Source: Stegostoma tigrinum (Eukaryota). From it: DNA of 64,000 nucleotides. The notes beneath the pieces are model-generated. The model saw nothing but the letters and a program-made list of their open reading frames with translations, did not search any database and had not been told where the DNA came from. The stretch lies in assembly GCF_030684315.1 (NCBI RefSeq), contig NC_081360.1, positions 45,021,424-45,085,423 on the forward strand. The letters run 5' to 3'. Below, piece by piece: positions 28,111-42,895 of this stretch. The position numbers and the translations under genes were made by a program. Numbering within the stretch: the stretch's first letter is position 1; each line of letters begins with the position of its first letter.

Positions 28111-28719
28111 AAAGATTCTAAATACTGGCCAACTTATTGACAGAAAAAGCTAACTAATTGCAGACAAAACATCCATGAAGCTTCTTGCTTCTGTAACTGT
28201 TTGAAGGTAATTAGGTTAAAAATTCACAGTATGAATTTGACATCATTCTATGTTATTAATTATTTCTAAGATACTGCCAAATATATATCAGCTTTCTTAG
28301 AGTTTCCTCTTTAATTCCGTCCTCAATCGGTTAGTCATTCACTTTGCATCATTGCCTTTCCAATTAAAATATGATTTTCAATAAAATAAATCATAACACT
28401 TACTCATGTTACATACCATAGTGTTTAAAGGAAATGTGAAAATGCTGACTTTCTAACCACAATTAATGTAGTTTAATGCCCTTGTATTCAAGCCCTATTG
28501 AACATTCTCTATTGTTCCTTTTCTGCGCATTTCTCTTCCTTAGGTTCTTTATCCATTTCTCCCAAATATTAAAGCAAGTTTAACTTCAAACATGTGGATA
28601 GTATAAAACAATTTTTTTAAATGATAGCAACATGATGCTTTAAAGTGCCATTATTATTTAAAAGTAGTAGTGTAAAAATACATTTAATAGCACTAACATA
28701 GGGAGATCTTATAGAGAAG

Positions 28720-29640
28720 TTATTCATTTGCAATTGTGGGCATTGCTGGTATGGCCAGGATTTATTGTCCAGCCCTAATTGACCTTGAGAGGATGATGGT
28801 GAACTGCTTTCTTGAAATACAGAGCATATGTTGCTGATAGACGTACAATGTGGTTAACGAGGCAGTTACATGCTATTTACCAAGGACAGTGAAGGAACAG
28901 TGATTTAGTTCCAGGCATGATGGAGTGTGATTCGGAGAGGAACATGCAGCTTGTCTTTGTCCTATGCATCCTCTACCCTTGTCTTTCCAGGTGATCAAAT
29001 TGACAGTTTTGGAAGATGATGTTGAAGAAACTTTGGTGAGTTACTGCAGCATCTCCTGTTGCTGGTATACACTGCTGTCAATGAGGTCTGGTGATGGAGG
29101 AAGTGAATGTTTCTTGTGGTGGACTGGATACCAGCCAAGCTTTGTGCTAGATGGGCTTGAGCTTCTCAGGTGGTATTTGAGCTCAATCATCCAGACAAAA
29201 GGAGAAGATTATTGAATCACACTCCTATTTGTACCTTGTTGATAGTGGTATGTCTTTTAGGTGTCAGAAAGTCAGACGGTTGTTGCAGAATTCCCAGCTC
29301 CTCATCTGCTCTTGTGCGCTGGTAGCCTAGATCCTTACATGTCTGATCAATGACGATCTTCAAGCTGTTGACAGTAAGGCGTTCAGTGATGGTAATGCTG
29401 ATGACTGTCAAGGAGAGGTAAATATACTCTCCTTAGTTTGAAGGTGATCATTAATTGCCACTTAGTTTGGCACAAATGATATTTGTTCATTATTAGCCCA
29501 AGGATGGATATTGTCCAGGCCTTGAACATGATGTCACAATCTGCCTCAATATTTGAGGAATTGTGAATGGGGCTAAACACTGGGCAATCTTCAACAAATA
29601 TTCCCACTTGCGATCTTGCGCTAAGGCACAGAAAACACAT
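28720..29640 (-). mobile_element. Degenerate LINE 3' fragment (second family)
   Basis: Minus-strand remnant LGILQQPSDFLTPK...TINKVQ and shared 3' UTR. Confidence 0.65.
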
Positions 29641-29869
29641 GACTAAATGATAATGAATGTCTAACAGGAACAGGATGAAAATCAAGACATTAATTCACAT
29701 TGATTATGTTTGAAACTTAGTATTTTTATACTCCCTCTGTGTGCTATGTCACTATGTTGAGTAACATGGATAAGCGTTATGGTTTTTACTTATTCTGACC
29801 TTTTATGATAAAACAGCTGAAGATGGATTGGCCCAGGACACTACTATGAGGAAATCCTGCAGTGATATC

Positions 29870-30100
29870 CTGGGGCTGAGTGATTAGCTCAATTGGCTGG
29901 GTGTCTGGTTTGCAATGCAGTGAAATGGGCCAACAGCATGGATTCAATTCGTGCAACAGCTGATGTTACTATGAAGGACACGCCTTCTCAACCTCTTCAC
30001 TAGCCTGAGGTGTGGTGACCCACAGTTAAATAACCACCAATCATATCTCTCTAATGAGAGCCCTGTGGTCCAGTAAAACTAAAGTGACTTTGCATTTACC
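29870..30100 (+). mobile_element. tRNA-derived SINE (same family as 14181-14390)
   Basis: A/B-box-like head and internal similarity to 14181-14390. Confidence 0.6.
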
Positions 30101-32461
30101 TTTTATAAACAATGGCATTCTCTCGGTCCCACATACTAAAGAATTAGCTTTATTGGCAATGTTCTAAATAGGGCCTAAGTGAATTAACAGTGAACCATCT
30201 TGAAATAGAGTAGATCAAATCAATCCTGTGTGATGTTGGCTATCCTGATCAGACGATTTCACACTTTCTATCATGCAAAATCATGAATGGATATAAGGCC
30301 AATCTTTTTGGTCTTGAGATGTGCCTGAATTAACCCTGGAGGTTTGAGGTGTTTAAAAATGTTGAGCAACAGCTGTTTGTTTCAGGTTGCTGTTATACAG
30401 TAGCAATGCGAGTGGTGTTTGCCGCTAATGCGATGCTGCTGTTAAGCCAAAAGATATTCTGCCTATCATGTAAATGAATAATGTCGAAAATGAATTTCAG
30501 TATCAGCTGTGTAGGCCATACACAGGATATCATATCAAACAGCCTATCCTTTTGGGTGTTCACAATGTTCACAATAAACCAACCAACCAACTAGTGTATG
30601 CTTGCAAAAGCTGCAATGCAGTGTTCAATATTAGATGTGTTTTTGTAATTTGACAAATAATCCTGAGTATGCAACTAATTATGCTCAAAATTATTTTACG
30701 ATTATCAGTCAGGGTCAAAGTGTGGTGTGGTTGCATGCACTACAATATAGATATATTAGTACACAGGTTCCCATTCTTTGAAGCCAGAAGGCATATATAC
30801 AGTAAATCCTTGGAATCCATTAAATCAGGAATCACGAATTCACCTATCAGCGCTAAACAATAACTGTCAAAAAATTCAACATTGCGGGCAAAACTCATGT
30901 ATCTGCAATTTTTCACCTTTTTTAATTTACTTTTAAATGAGCTCTGCACTCACAAATTTCATCATTTGTGGGGGTTCTGAGGAAAGGAATCCCTGCAGAT
31001 ATATACAAAAGCCTGTAGGTGCTCTGTGCCCATTTCAACTCAACAAAACAGATGATAACTATTTTCTGGTTCATTAATTAGGACAATGCCTTGACCAAAT
31101 GAAGTCAACTTGCCCGGTTTAAAATTTAAACAATGCCTGGCAGTCAACTTTCAATCATCATTAACTACGGCATTCTTCATGGCAATGCCTCTACCAATCA
31201 GATTCCACTTGCCAACCAATCTGGATTCTCCTCTCATACTGTATAAAGGTTGGTTTTTGCCCTTTAATTAGTATTTTTGTGAATTTTCCTGATGAGTGTA
31301 GGATAAAAAACTTCAGCAAAATGTAGCTTTGTGTTAGCAATGCTCAAGTCCAAACATTGTAAACAAATAAGTTTGAACTGAATGATACGAAGCAGAAAAT
31401 TACCTTCAGATCTTGCGGCTTCTGCCTTAAAAAGTTTTGATTGAGGTGAAAGAAACACTTCGAATGTAATTTCAGAAATGAATACACTGTTTTGTAATAG
31501 TTTCTCTTTTGGAAGGACATTGTTTCAAACTGTATGGTTTTAATCTGTAAGTGGTTGTGTAAGCCTGCAATCATTAGCTTGTATAAGACACGAGAAAGAT
31601 TAAAGATAATAGAAATTATTCTCCCTTCACAGGATGCTGAATATATGCAATGTTCACCCAGAGATGTTCACCAATTATGAGTCAGTGGGTATTTTGGAAA
31701 GAAACTGATTGATAGCTTTGAGAAATAGCAACATATTTAACAACACTGTTTAATTTTGTTTTTGGATGAAGTCATGGAAGGAAGTTACAGTCCTCCTGAG
31801 AAAGGAAGTAAAGTCTATACCAGCCTGAAGTTATATGTTGTAGTTTTTGCCTGGATTATCCCGCCCACCTCCACAGCAGTGTGCTCTGTTGGAGAGGTCA
31901 TGGGAGCAGCACTTCTATTCTCTCAATTCTACAAGAACAATTTGAGGAATTGCCTGACAATAAGAATAATTTGAATTCCAATAATAATTTTTAATGTAGA
32001 GACAGTTATAAGAACACATTCTCATACCTGAGATGAAATCACACCTCCCCAAGGACCATACTCCCACCTTCTCCAATGTCAGCTCTTTCTAGTGAAAACA
32101 AAAGTAAAATGCTTTAATGGCATTTGTCCCTCAATCGAGCAGTTTGTGAGAACAAAATAAATTTTCTCTAAATGTTATCAAACTATAGCCAATTCTTTGT
32201 GTCTGTGGGACCACTTCTTCAAGTTAATTTCTATGTAATTTTCAGTTTTCCAATTAGATGTAATATTTACTATGTACAGCTGACTTTAAATCTCACAATA
32301 AGGAGTTGCCCAATGTAGTTGGAATTGTTCTTTCTATGACATGACTCCTATTATTAAATGACCAAACCTCATGGTCAAGTATTCTGTCTCATTTGCAATT
32401 GGATCTTTGATAAAAAGACAGTTGTATTAAATGGCCAACATTTTACATTTTTTTTGCCCAG

Positions 32462-32551
32462 GTGCTGGGGATGTACCTCCCATTTTGCGGAATTGCAATT
32501 TCAAATGCTCAGTTGTTTGCTGCTTCCAGAAAGGAGTATGATAGGAGCAGG
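32462..32551 (+). CDS. PDE11A: PDE11A coding exon (end of GAF-A and linker): VLGMYLPFCGIAISNAQLFAASRKEYDRSR
   Basis: Polypyrimidine tract ttttttttgcccAG acceptor, 90-bp open phase-0 exon, donor GTAAGT. Translation matches recalled human PDE11A VMQMYLPFCGIAISNAQLFAASRKEYERSR. Confidence 0.95.
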
Positions 32552-32829
32552 GTAAGTAAAGAGGGTGCACTACAGGGGTTTGCATCTGACTATTCATTCC
32601 ACACAATTTTCCCATAACTCGAGTGTTGCTGACTGCTTGTCCCAAATCAAAACCCACTTAATTGTTTGAGGCTCGAAATAATGGCACAAATTTTCTGGTC
32701 TCTGGATTGCTGGAGATGAGAAGCACTGGGACATATGAGTCAAAAGCCTGTGGAAATACTAATATGTAGACATATGCGGGAAATAACTTCAAAGTTTATA
32801 CTTCTGAGAAGCTGATTCACTGCTGTCTA

Positions 32830-33330
32830 GAATGGCCCAGCTACCCTCCCCCAACCATCCGACTACCCGCCCGTTACCTGACTGCCCCCAACCTGACTCC
32901 ACTACAATCAAGCTACCACAATCACCCTCCCCACCAACCACCCAATTAGCTCATGACTACGCAGCTATACCCGTGATGCAACCCAATTACCCTGATCACT
33001 CTCTGATCGCCACTCAACTACCCTCTAACCAGCTGACTAATCCCCAACTGTGTAACTACCCCTTGACCCAACGACCCCCTCAAACACCTGCTGACCCCAC
33101 ATATTTACCCACATTTTCTGCCTCACCCTGTTGCCCACTTCACCTACCTAGACCCACCTCTCCCATTTATCCACCTTACCATCTACCCACTCACCCACTG
33201 AATCCATCTAGCCACCCACTCACTACCCACCTCATCTAGCCATCTACCTAACTGTCCACTTATCCACCTTATCCAGCTCACCACTCCCACCTAAATAATC
33301 ATTCAACTACGTGCACACGTTCACTAACCC
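32830..33330. repeat. C-rich low-complexity tract
   Basis: Degenerate cacc/cacc-ta repeats. The ORF at 32832 is a compositional artefact. Confidence 0.6.
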
Positions 33331-34031
33331 GCAAAATATTGTGGGTCATGGCATTGTGCCCATAATTGCTGCTGACTGGTAAGAATGAGGTCATTATTTT
33401 CTTTTAGTTTTTTATCTAAGGAAGAATGTGAAATCCTTCTCTTTTCTCCTTGTCAGCCCCCAATTTCGGCCTTATAACACAAATAATTCTTGCAGTTGAG
33501 AGGAAGCAGAAACGCTAATCCCCCATACTTGAGCAACACTTAGCTTCACCTGAAAACAATATTGAGTTGGCAATGACCGTCCCTCTAGAAAGGTGCTTGC
33601 CCTTTGCAGATTGGATCCACGTAATAGGGTGGGGTCACTGAAACAGTGCCACTGTGCTGAATACTGTTGTTTTAATACAAAGGACTGCACCATCTAACAC
33701 CATTCGAACCTGTCTTTGAAAATTTCACAGGATACCCACTGCTTCATTCAGAAATAGTGGAGCATAAAGATAAATTTTCAGTTTTGAAATCTACTAGCTT
33801 GGTACCATGAGGAAGATTCTAGAATCTTTTATAAAGGGAGGAATTCAAGAGAATACAGCAAGTGGGTGGCAATGAATAAAATCAAATACATTCATCAAAA
33901 AGAAATGGCTCAAAAGTTTAACAGAATTATTTAAGGATTTCACAAAATACGCAGCTGAGAATAAGATGGAAATTATCATGCATCTTGGAATTTCTGAAAA
34001 CATTGAATAACATTTTTGATAGACTATTTAC

Positions 34032-34391
34032 GGAATCATAGAATTCCTATAGTGTGGAAGCAGGACGTTCAGCCCATCGAGTCCACACTGATCCTCTAAA
34101 GAGCATCCCACTCAGACCCAACTCCCTACACTCTCCCTTTAATGCTGCAATTTTCCCCACGGTTAATCCACCAAGCCTGCACATCCCCGTACACTATGGG
34201 CATTTTAGCATGGCCAATCCAGCTAACCTGCACATCTTTGGGCTATCGGAGAAAATCAGAACACCTGCAGGAAACCCAGACAGACATGGGGAGAACATGC
34301 AAACCCCACACGATCAGTTGCCTGGGGATGGAATCAAACCGAGGTTCCCAGTACTGTGAGGCAGCAGTGCTAACCAATGAGCTACTGTGCC
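34032..34391 (-). mobile_element. HE1/V-SINE
   Basis: Same structure as 7141-7495. Confidence 0.85.
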
Positions 34392-36085
34392 ATCTACAAG
34401 GAAACCTGTTCAGGTCTGACAAAAAATAACAGACATCATCATATATTAATTAGAGAAGAGGAAATCAATCTAATTATGAAAATAGGACCAGTGGAACTTC
34501 TGAATGAAATCATGACATTTTTTATGGAGTTTTAATGAAAATTTGAAAAAATAGACTAAGCAGTATGGAAGACAGCTTTTCATAAGGAGTCCGAATCTTC
34601 CAATGTGAGGTGTGTTTCCTGAGATGCACAGTTGTACCTTAACTGGTTAATTAATTTACAAATTATATTGAAAATTGAGATACACTTAGGATAATATAAA
34701 GTAATGCACTATATTGAGGGTTTCAACCTGAAATAAGGAATGAGAGGAGAGAGATTTTTGTAAGCTAGATGATCAGATATTGACACTTCATTGCTTGCAT
34801 GTTGTGGAAATTACAAAAGCAAGTGGAATATTGGGGGTGGAATTTCAGGTTCCACCCCTCCCCCAAACCCCCGCACCTCACCTCATCCTGCCAATTCACC
34901 ACCAGGCTGGAGTCAGAGTCAAATGGGGCCTAAACTTAGCTCCATTGACCAGTTCTATTCTGGATCAGATAAGTGGTGGCAAGATTGGGACTAGCAGCAG
35001 CGATATCGGGCCTTATGCGGCAGGTAGTTGATTAGGCTAGCCAGGGCCTAATTGTGTCCAATTAAATGAAGTCAGACTCCAAATTCCTCATTAAAAAAGT
35101 CCATTTTTGTGCCTGGAAACAAATGCCTGGCTGCAGACTGGGACCCCAGTGGTTCACACAGGACTATAGATGCTCCCTCTGTCTAGGAGAGCAGCCATAT
35201 GTCTCCCCATGTAGAAGAAATTCTCACTCTCTACCTGCATCCCCTGAAGGCCTGGTCAACTGCTCATTCCCCTTTTGAATAAATGATCTTAAAAAGATTG
35301 GGGACAGTGTAGACTTGTAGAGTAATGCAGCATGGAAACAGGCCCTTCGGCCCAAACTGATCCATGCTGACCAAGGTGCCCACTCAGCTAGTTCCATTTT
35401 GTCTGCCTCCATGTTGAATTGTTCTCTGTCTGATTTACCTTCTATTGCATTATGCAGTTCCTCTCAGGCTGGAAGGTCTTTGATTGGCCCTCTGGCTTCA
35501 AGTTCTCACTTGGGACCTTGAATCAAACAGAAGAAGAGCCTTCATGCCTGCATTAAACCTATGAAAGTTGTATTGAATGAGTGCCTCCATCATCCCTCCC
35601 AGAGGTGGGTTCAGGACCCTAAATTAATTCTGATTTCTGTTTTCCTGTGCTGGAAGGAAAACATAGCCCACATTATCTTTGTGTAAAAGTATAAGGCCCA
35701 GGAGCCCAATACTCAAGTTGTGTGTAATGTAAAGGGCTCATACCAATTGTGTGACTGTTGGCGAAGCTAAGAGAATGACACTGATTCTTCCTGGAACGAT
35801 GGAAACTGGAAGGAACTTATCGATAATATTATTAAAGACTGGCATAGCCCACAGCTTCTGTAAATGTAAATGTCACTGCAATTTGTCTATCAGTTTAAAA
35901 GTAAAACATTACCAATCAACATTAATTGAATTGGAGAGGAATGGACAATCAAATGTGAGGAAATAACCTAGAAAAATTGGAATGCCTAAAGGATATTGTG
36001 TGATAATTTTTGCTCCTCAGTGTAACTTCTGATACACTATGTGCAATATCATGGAAGTTTAGCTCAGATCCAGAAGATATTACAT

Positions 36086-36402
36086 TTCATAGATTGACTC
36101 CCACTGTGTCGAAACAGTGCCTTTGGCCCAACAAGTCTAAATGACCGTCAGAGCATTCCACCCTTACCAATCCCCCGCCTAATCTATACATCCCTCAACA
36201 CTACCATCAAGTTAGCATAGCCAATCCACCTTACCTGGACACCTTTGGACTGTGGAGGGAAGCTGGATCACCTAGAAGAAACCCAGGCAGATACGGGGAA
36301 AATGTGCAAACTCCATGCAGGCAGTCACCTGAGGCTGGAATCAAACCCAAGTCCCTGGTGCTGTGAGGCATGAGTGCTAACCACTGAACTACAATGCTGC
36401 CC
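36086..36402 (-). mobile_element. HE1/V-SINE
   Basis: Same structure as 7141-7495. Confidence 0.85.
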
Positions 36403-36734
36403 TTTCTTGGGTTTTTCTTCTAGTTATGTCTAATTTCAGTATTGGCTCTGAAGTATTGGGATTTTTAAAGTTACTATATAAAGCACTGTAAGATACTGAT
36501 AGTAATGCCTGAAATATCTATTTTATTGCTAGGTCTTTTATGGCCTCTGCTTCTCCATGCAGTGTTACACTATTTCATATATTTTGAAATTTCCATTGAA
36601 ACCTTGGCATCCAGCTGTCACAACAAAATAACTAATCCTGCTGGCCTCTATTCAAATGCTACACTTTCTACTGACTCACTCCATTTTGAATGTATTGGCA
36701 TGCGTTTTACAGTGGTAACATTGGTAAAACCAGA

Positions 36735-37075
36735 GAGGCAATGGCCTAGTGGTATTATCACTAGACCTATTAATCCAGAGACCCAGGTAATGTCCTTAAG
36801 ACCTAAGTGCAAATCCTGCTGAGGCAGATGGTAGAATTACAATTCAATAAGAATCCAGAGTTAAGAATTTGATGATGATCACAAAACCATTGTCTTTTTT
36901 TTTTGAAAAACCCATCTAGTTCACTAATGTCCTTTAGGGACAGAAATTGCAATCCTTTCCTGGTCTGGCTGAAATATAACGCCAGACTGTCAGCAATGTC
37001 CACTGCCCTTTGGGCAATTAGGGATGGGCAAAACATTCTGGTCTAGCCAGAAATCCTCATATCCTATGAATAATG
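36735..37075 (+). mobile_element. tRNA-derived SINE carrying the second LINE family's tail (related pieces near 26000-26160 and 49940-50175)
   Basis: tggcctagtggta..tcactagac...aatccagag head and gggcaattagggatgggca tail. Confidence 0.6.
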
Positions 37076-37953
37076 TTTAAAAATACTGTAGCGTCCACTC
37101 TGGCATGTCCATGGCAATTGGCATCAACTTTGAGAATTTGCAAACATGCAGAATTAAGAAGAGACCCAAAGATTTCTGTCAGTGATATCAATCTCTCTAT
37201 GAGGTTAGAGTGTGAATGTTTCCTATTCTTACATCTGTAGAATACAAATTTTGAAGCTAATCAACAAATGGACAAAGACTTTCTGTGTTGTTAGTCCGTT
37301 TGTAAAAACCACAAAGAAGTTACACTTGGTTGAATAATTTGTGACTGCGTTTGAAACAGCATAATCATTTTGTAAATAATTCCAAACAAAAGTTCACTGG
37401 ATCTGGGGTGCTATTTTCATGTTTGTGGAATGTCAAATTTCTCCACTACGACAAAAAGTGCAATGACTTCTTTTATTGCATTCTTAAAATGTAATTGAAA
37501 ATACAGGAATTCCCTACATTTAAACTCCTGCCTTGTTGAGTGTGAGAATAGTTCATTGTGATTGGTTCTTTACCTTGCTTGTTAACAGTATTGTCACTGG
37601 GCATGGGGAGACCTCCTCAAGTGAGGATGTTTTAGAATTAGTTACAAACGATTGTGCTGTTTCAAACCCAGTCACAAACTTACTCAACCAGATGTAACTT
37701 TGTAGTTTTTACAGAGATTCAAACAATATAAGTCTTTGTTCATTCGTTGACTGCTTCAAAATTGTACTCTGAATAGGAAAGTTTCATAGGCTCAAGTTAC
37801 CATCAGGAAAGGTGAAATCACAGAAATTGCTGGATTTTTGTGCACAGCTTTCTCCAAGATCATTGCTTTACCACAAACACAAGGCCCAGTCTGATATTAA
37901 TGGAAAAGTTTACACTTTCCCCTCATTAAGCATAGATTCCATTTGCATTGATC

Positions 37954-38272
37954 ATCATAGAATCTATACAATGTTGTCACAGGTTCTTTGGCCCAACATG
38001 TCCACACCAAGCCTCACAGCATCCCACCCAGACCCATTCCCCTATAACCCACCATATCTACATGTCCTTTAACACTATGGGCAATTTAGCATGGCAATCC
38101 ACCTAACCTGCACATCTTTGGACTGTGGGAGGAAACTGGACCACCTGGAGGAAACCCATACAGACATGGGGAGAACATGCAAACTCCATACAGATAGTCA
38201 CCTGAAGCTGGAATCAAACCCGGATCCCTGGTGCTGTGAGGCAGCAATGCTAATCACTGAGCCACCGTGCTG
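37954..38272 (-). mobile_element. HE1/V-SINE
   Basis: Same structure as 7141-7495. Confidence 0.85.
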
Positions 38273-40344
38273 CTCCTCACATTGTTGCCCTTTCATAAAT
38301 AATGTTACTAATTTCAAAATAAATAACTCAATGCTGCAATTACAATTAAATTAAATAACTAATAGCACCAATCTCAATAGAAACAATTTCATTCCAGCTT
38401 CTTGCCCATTTTGAGTTGTCCAAAGCTTCAAATGGTAAATAAACATCTGTGCCAAAATTCTTAACATGAACAAAAGCCAAGAAAATGAAATTCCTCTGTT
38501 CTCTTTCATTTCATTAGTCATAACAATTTCAATACTTGCAAGTTGAATTCCAGTTACTGCCCTTTAATAAACAAATTACCTAATAATGTGATGTAATAAT
38601 TAAAATGTTACATGGTCTGACTCATCATCAGCCATGACACAGGGGATTAATGAATAGAACATAATAAAAAATCTTGCATCAGATACTTGCTCCAAATGTC
38701 ATTTTGTTACACATGTAAAATAATCTTAAAGAAATAAACCTGGACCTTAAGACTTGCACAATATTGAACCTGTTATCTGATGAGATTTACCATCTCAAAT
38801 AACTTAAGTTACCTGGATCTTCTTACTTAAAACAATAGCCTTTAAAGACACAAACCAAGGTAGCAGTCCATCATTATGTAATATCACTGCAGATCTACTA
38901 AAGATTGTAATATCATGGATGAAGTAATGGAGAAACTGGTTGCATAATTCAATTGCAGAACATGGAGAGTTTTATCATTGAGAATAATGCTTTAGTGTAA
39001 AATGGCATCTGAGCCACTAACACACACATCTAGTGTGGACAGCATTAGGTACTATTTTGCATAGGTTAGACTGGACACTCGGCTTGGGAGTAGGCATACT
39101 GTGATGCTTGTTAGTATCCTACACTAATCTAACTGTGATGGAGGCCCTTTCAATTTAAATGCTCCAGTTTACACCATCTCTTTACGTCATAAAGCTGAAC
39201 ATCCTTTCATCAGCAGGAAGGACTCCCAATGCAAGTCCTATTACCATTTACATAAAACCTAAGTCACTGACAGTCTGTAAGCAAAGAGAAGGGAATATAT
39301 TGAGTTCTCTCTTTCCAGAAGGAACAAGATAAAGCAGGCATGTAATTTCACCAGGATAGCAGGCTTCACTGTGGCCTACTACATGATGTGTGCCCATGTA
39401 ATCAAGAGTTCAGCTCTGGTCTCTGTCATCTTGGTCTGGGTAGCATCTGGGCTGACTGGCTTACAGGTAACATCAAGAGAACTGACAGAGTTGCAATGTT
39501 GGGAGGACAGATATTGTCATCCTAAGATAGGTCAGCAGGCCCTTGCTCCATGGAGACCTTGTACTTGTGCCTTAACAACACGAGTGCTGTGTTGCATGTC
39601 AGATCGCCAAATGGTTGTAAGACCCTACAAGTTCTTTTGGACGCAGGTTGTCAGCAGCCACCGATGCAGCAATCTGAACCTGGAATCTGAGCTTACATGA
39701 CTTTAGTCTGAACTTCCCCACAGCACTCAGTCGTTGAGTGGTTTGTCTTTGTGTTGCATTGGATGCTGAGACAGTGGCCACAAGACTCAAAGAACTGGCC
39801 TTTCACCTTTGCGGTAGAAATTGCCAGTCAGCCCACTTCCTGATATCACAATCACCCCACCTACCTATTAAGGCCCACTCAAACTGAAATCATTGTGAGA
39901 TTGTTGGGACAGATTGGAGTCAGGCTGTCACCTCAGGAAGCTGGCCTGAGGTGGGAACACTAATAGAGAATTGCTGAACCAGGCAGACAAAAAGCCCCTC
40001 TCTATACAATGGGTCGTTAGCCAGTATTCACAATGAGCTTTCATTGCACAACTGTGTCAACAAAACCTTAAAGGCTCACAGGACTAAAGCCTTTTAAATA
40101 ATTGGAAGAGCTCAGCTATCTGTTCAAGCTTCAAAGGAGGGAAATGGATTTCTGAATTGCCAATTAATGAAAAGATTAAACTACCAGGAACTCCATCTGT
40201 GATCCGCTGACTGCCCCCTTAACCTAGCCTGATTCCAAGCACGCTCCCACCACCATAATACCCCACAGACCACCTGACAAACCCCCGCTGAGTCACCCGA
40301 CAACTCCCTGTACGGCCCATCAATCCTGTCTATGACCCAACTTC

Positions 40345-40558
40345 ACATGTATGCAATGATCTGCCCCAGAAGGCAGTGGAGGCCAACTCTCTGGATGCTT
40401 TCAAGAAAGAGATAGACAGAGCTCTTAAAGATAGTGGAATCAAGGGTTATGGGGATAAGGCAGGAACAGGATACTGATTGTGGATGATCAGCCATGATCA
40501 TAATGAATGGTGGTGCTGGCTTGAAGGGCCGAATGGTCTCCTCCAGCACCTATTGTCT
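40345..40558 (+). mobile_element. CR1 3' end fragment
   Basis: ctgccccagaaggcagtggaggcc...gaagggccgaatgg tail. Confidence 0.8.
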
Positions 40559-42308
40559 ACACCCCACCCCACCAGGCTATCTTGTAATCAGACCCATCCC
40601 CTCTCACTCATCTGCTACCTGCCAATCTGCACCTACCTGCCACCCTTACCCACATGCCACAGTCTACATTCTCCTGCCTACCTGCCAGTCCACCCTTTAC
40701 CTTCCTGCTACCTAAGTCCTTATTCACTTATTTGACACATTTACCGTCTCTCCATGACTTTTCATAGGCTTTGGACTCTTAAACCCTGTTTTCTTACAAG
40801 GGGACGGCTAATGACATAAGAAAGGTGGCACAACTTCCACAGAAATGCCCCCAACACTGCTTTCTACAAACTTTGCTGCACTTGGTTGTTCAGTATAATA
40901 CTGCATCCAACAACAGGCTTGAAAAATCACAGATCAGTAAGTATCTGTGCAACCTGTTGTCTGATTGGGTTTGAAATTGGGATTTCAACCGAGATTGGGA
41001 AATGTGGGTCATTCTTTCCTTCTGTAAGCATTTTGTGTGATTCACTACGTGAGCCGGTTTATAATGCACATTACTTGCACCAAACTATTAACTTAAATTA
41101 CACCCTGTGGCATGCTGAACAAAAGTAATGGAAAAATGATTTCAAGTATAAGACTGTGTTTTTCTATGTGGGTAAAATTTAACAACATTAAGCATGGAAA
41201 AGTGGCTAAACAAGCCCAGCAGAAAGTACTAATGTAATTTTCTTTTGTCCTTTTCAATGCAGATTTGATATCTCACTGAAAAGTGTGAGAAAATTAGTCC
41301 ACCAGAGTAAATAAAATGCTTGATAGTGAGGAATTAAGATTCTATTATAGCATTCTGCTGGCTGAATAATTACAAACATTTGAGTTTGTTACATAGTCAC
41401 CCTCATGGATTAGTATTGTGAAGGCAGGACAAGGTATATATAGCTATTATGAACTTAAGGATGTGTGAATGTATCTGTTTACTAGTCTAATTCACACTGG
41501 CTACTAATGATAATCCTTGCAATTTATTGCTGTAGGTTTCCCATTCTTAAGGTGGGAATATCCCATTTTTTTTGCACTCACGTTAAAAATATTGAAACAC
41601 AAATGTACACACTATAAATCTCTATTCCTTTCACTTTTAAACTGAGTCAATTTATTTCTGGCAAATTAATTCATTTCAAGGTATGGGCTATCACAGCAGA
41701 TGTCAAATGAGAAAACGGATTGTGTCAGGGATTCGCAAAGTTTTCTTTGGGCAATTTGTGCCACACTTTATGAATGTTGCAGTTTCATTAAGACATTTCT
41801 CAATTTTCTTTACCTTAGGTATTGGAAAATTGTGGAAATATTTTTATAAAAAAGAGGTAATCTATGCCTTTTCAAACAGGACAAGATAAACTATCTAGAT
41901 TTAATCTTTTGTACATTTGTTAGCAGCAAGCATCTGAGCACATGCTTATTTCAACCATTTCAAACCTGCAAACAAATATCAGCTTTAAGGGGAATATGAC
42001 AGATGTAACTTTAGAGCAAAACAGAAATGACTGAGGGCTATGTAAAGTGTAAATATTGATCTAAACAACAAGGAAACTTAAAAGCTGTTTGGTATTTTTA
42101 AATTCATATTTTAGTTCCAAATGAGAAAAATTGTGTAACAAAATTGGAAATTAAAATAATATAAAACATGTCATTTCTATGCAATTTATACGAAGCATGT
42201 CTTTTTAATTTTTGCTTTTCTGATACTAGCATTTTTCAGCTCTCACATGTTCATTGAAATAAATTAGTCAATTCTAAAGAATTATGCTGTCCCAATTTTC
42301 TTAAATAG

Positions 42309-42449
42309 GCTTTGCTAGAAGTAGTCAATGACTTATTTGAAGAACAAACAGACTTGGAAAAAATTGTGAGGAAAATAATGCACCGAGCACAGACATTACT
42401 GAAATGTGAACGTTGTTCTGTCCTGCTCCTGGAAGACATTGAGTCTCCG
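42309..42449 (+). CDS. PDE11A: PDE11A coding exon (start of GAF-B): ALLEVVNDLFEEQTDLEKIVRKIMHRAQTLLKCERCSVLLLEDIESP
   Basis: ttttcttaaatAG acceptor, 141 bp, donor GTAAGT. In frame with the previous exon and near-identical to recalled human PDE11A. Confidence 0.96.
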
Positions 42450-42895
42450 GTAAGTTAGCTCCAAAGTGCATAAAAGAAGGCCCAATTTTTAAAAAAAGTA
42501 GAAATAATTCTATTTTGTCAGGCCATTATAATTGAAATTTACTTGAGAAGTGGAAGACATTGAATCTAAGCATTTAATTATTTATTTGTTTGTTTTGTAA
42601 GAGTTATAACCTGTGAGATTAATTTTTATGAAATTTTTCACTCTTTCTCTATGATTGTTCTAGCATGATCGATAAGGAGTTAATTTTAGAGTTGTTACTA
42701 ATTAGAAAGCTATTAACTAGTGACTGTTTAAGGATGCTTTTATGTAAACCTCAATGATCTAAAAATGAGTTAACTTTTTTTTGTTTTCTCTTCTGCAACA
42801 GTTTTACAAGTCTATCCTTTTCACGTGTTTTAACTTCTGTCTTAGCAATTTTTAAAGAAAAAATTTAAATTAAAAATGTTCCAAATAGAATAACA

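Noticed and set aside
1-32461. Upstream PDE11A GAF-A exon (DRRFNDEIDK...) and alternative first exons
   Set aside because: Could not find it by eye; probably upstream of the window. A miss cannot be excluded.
32832-33239. 135-aa Pro-rich ORF just after a PDE11A exon
   Set aside because: Low-complexity C-rich intron sequence.
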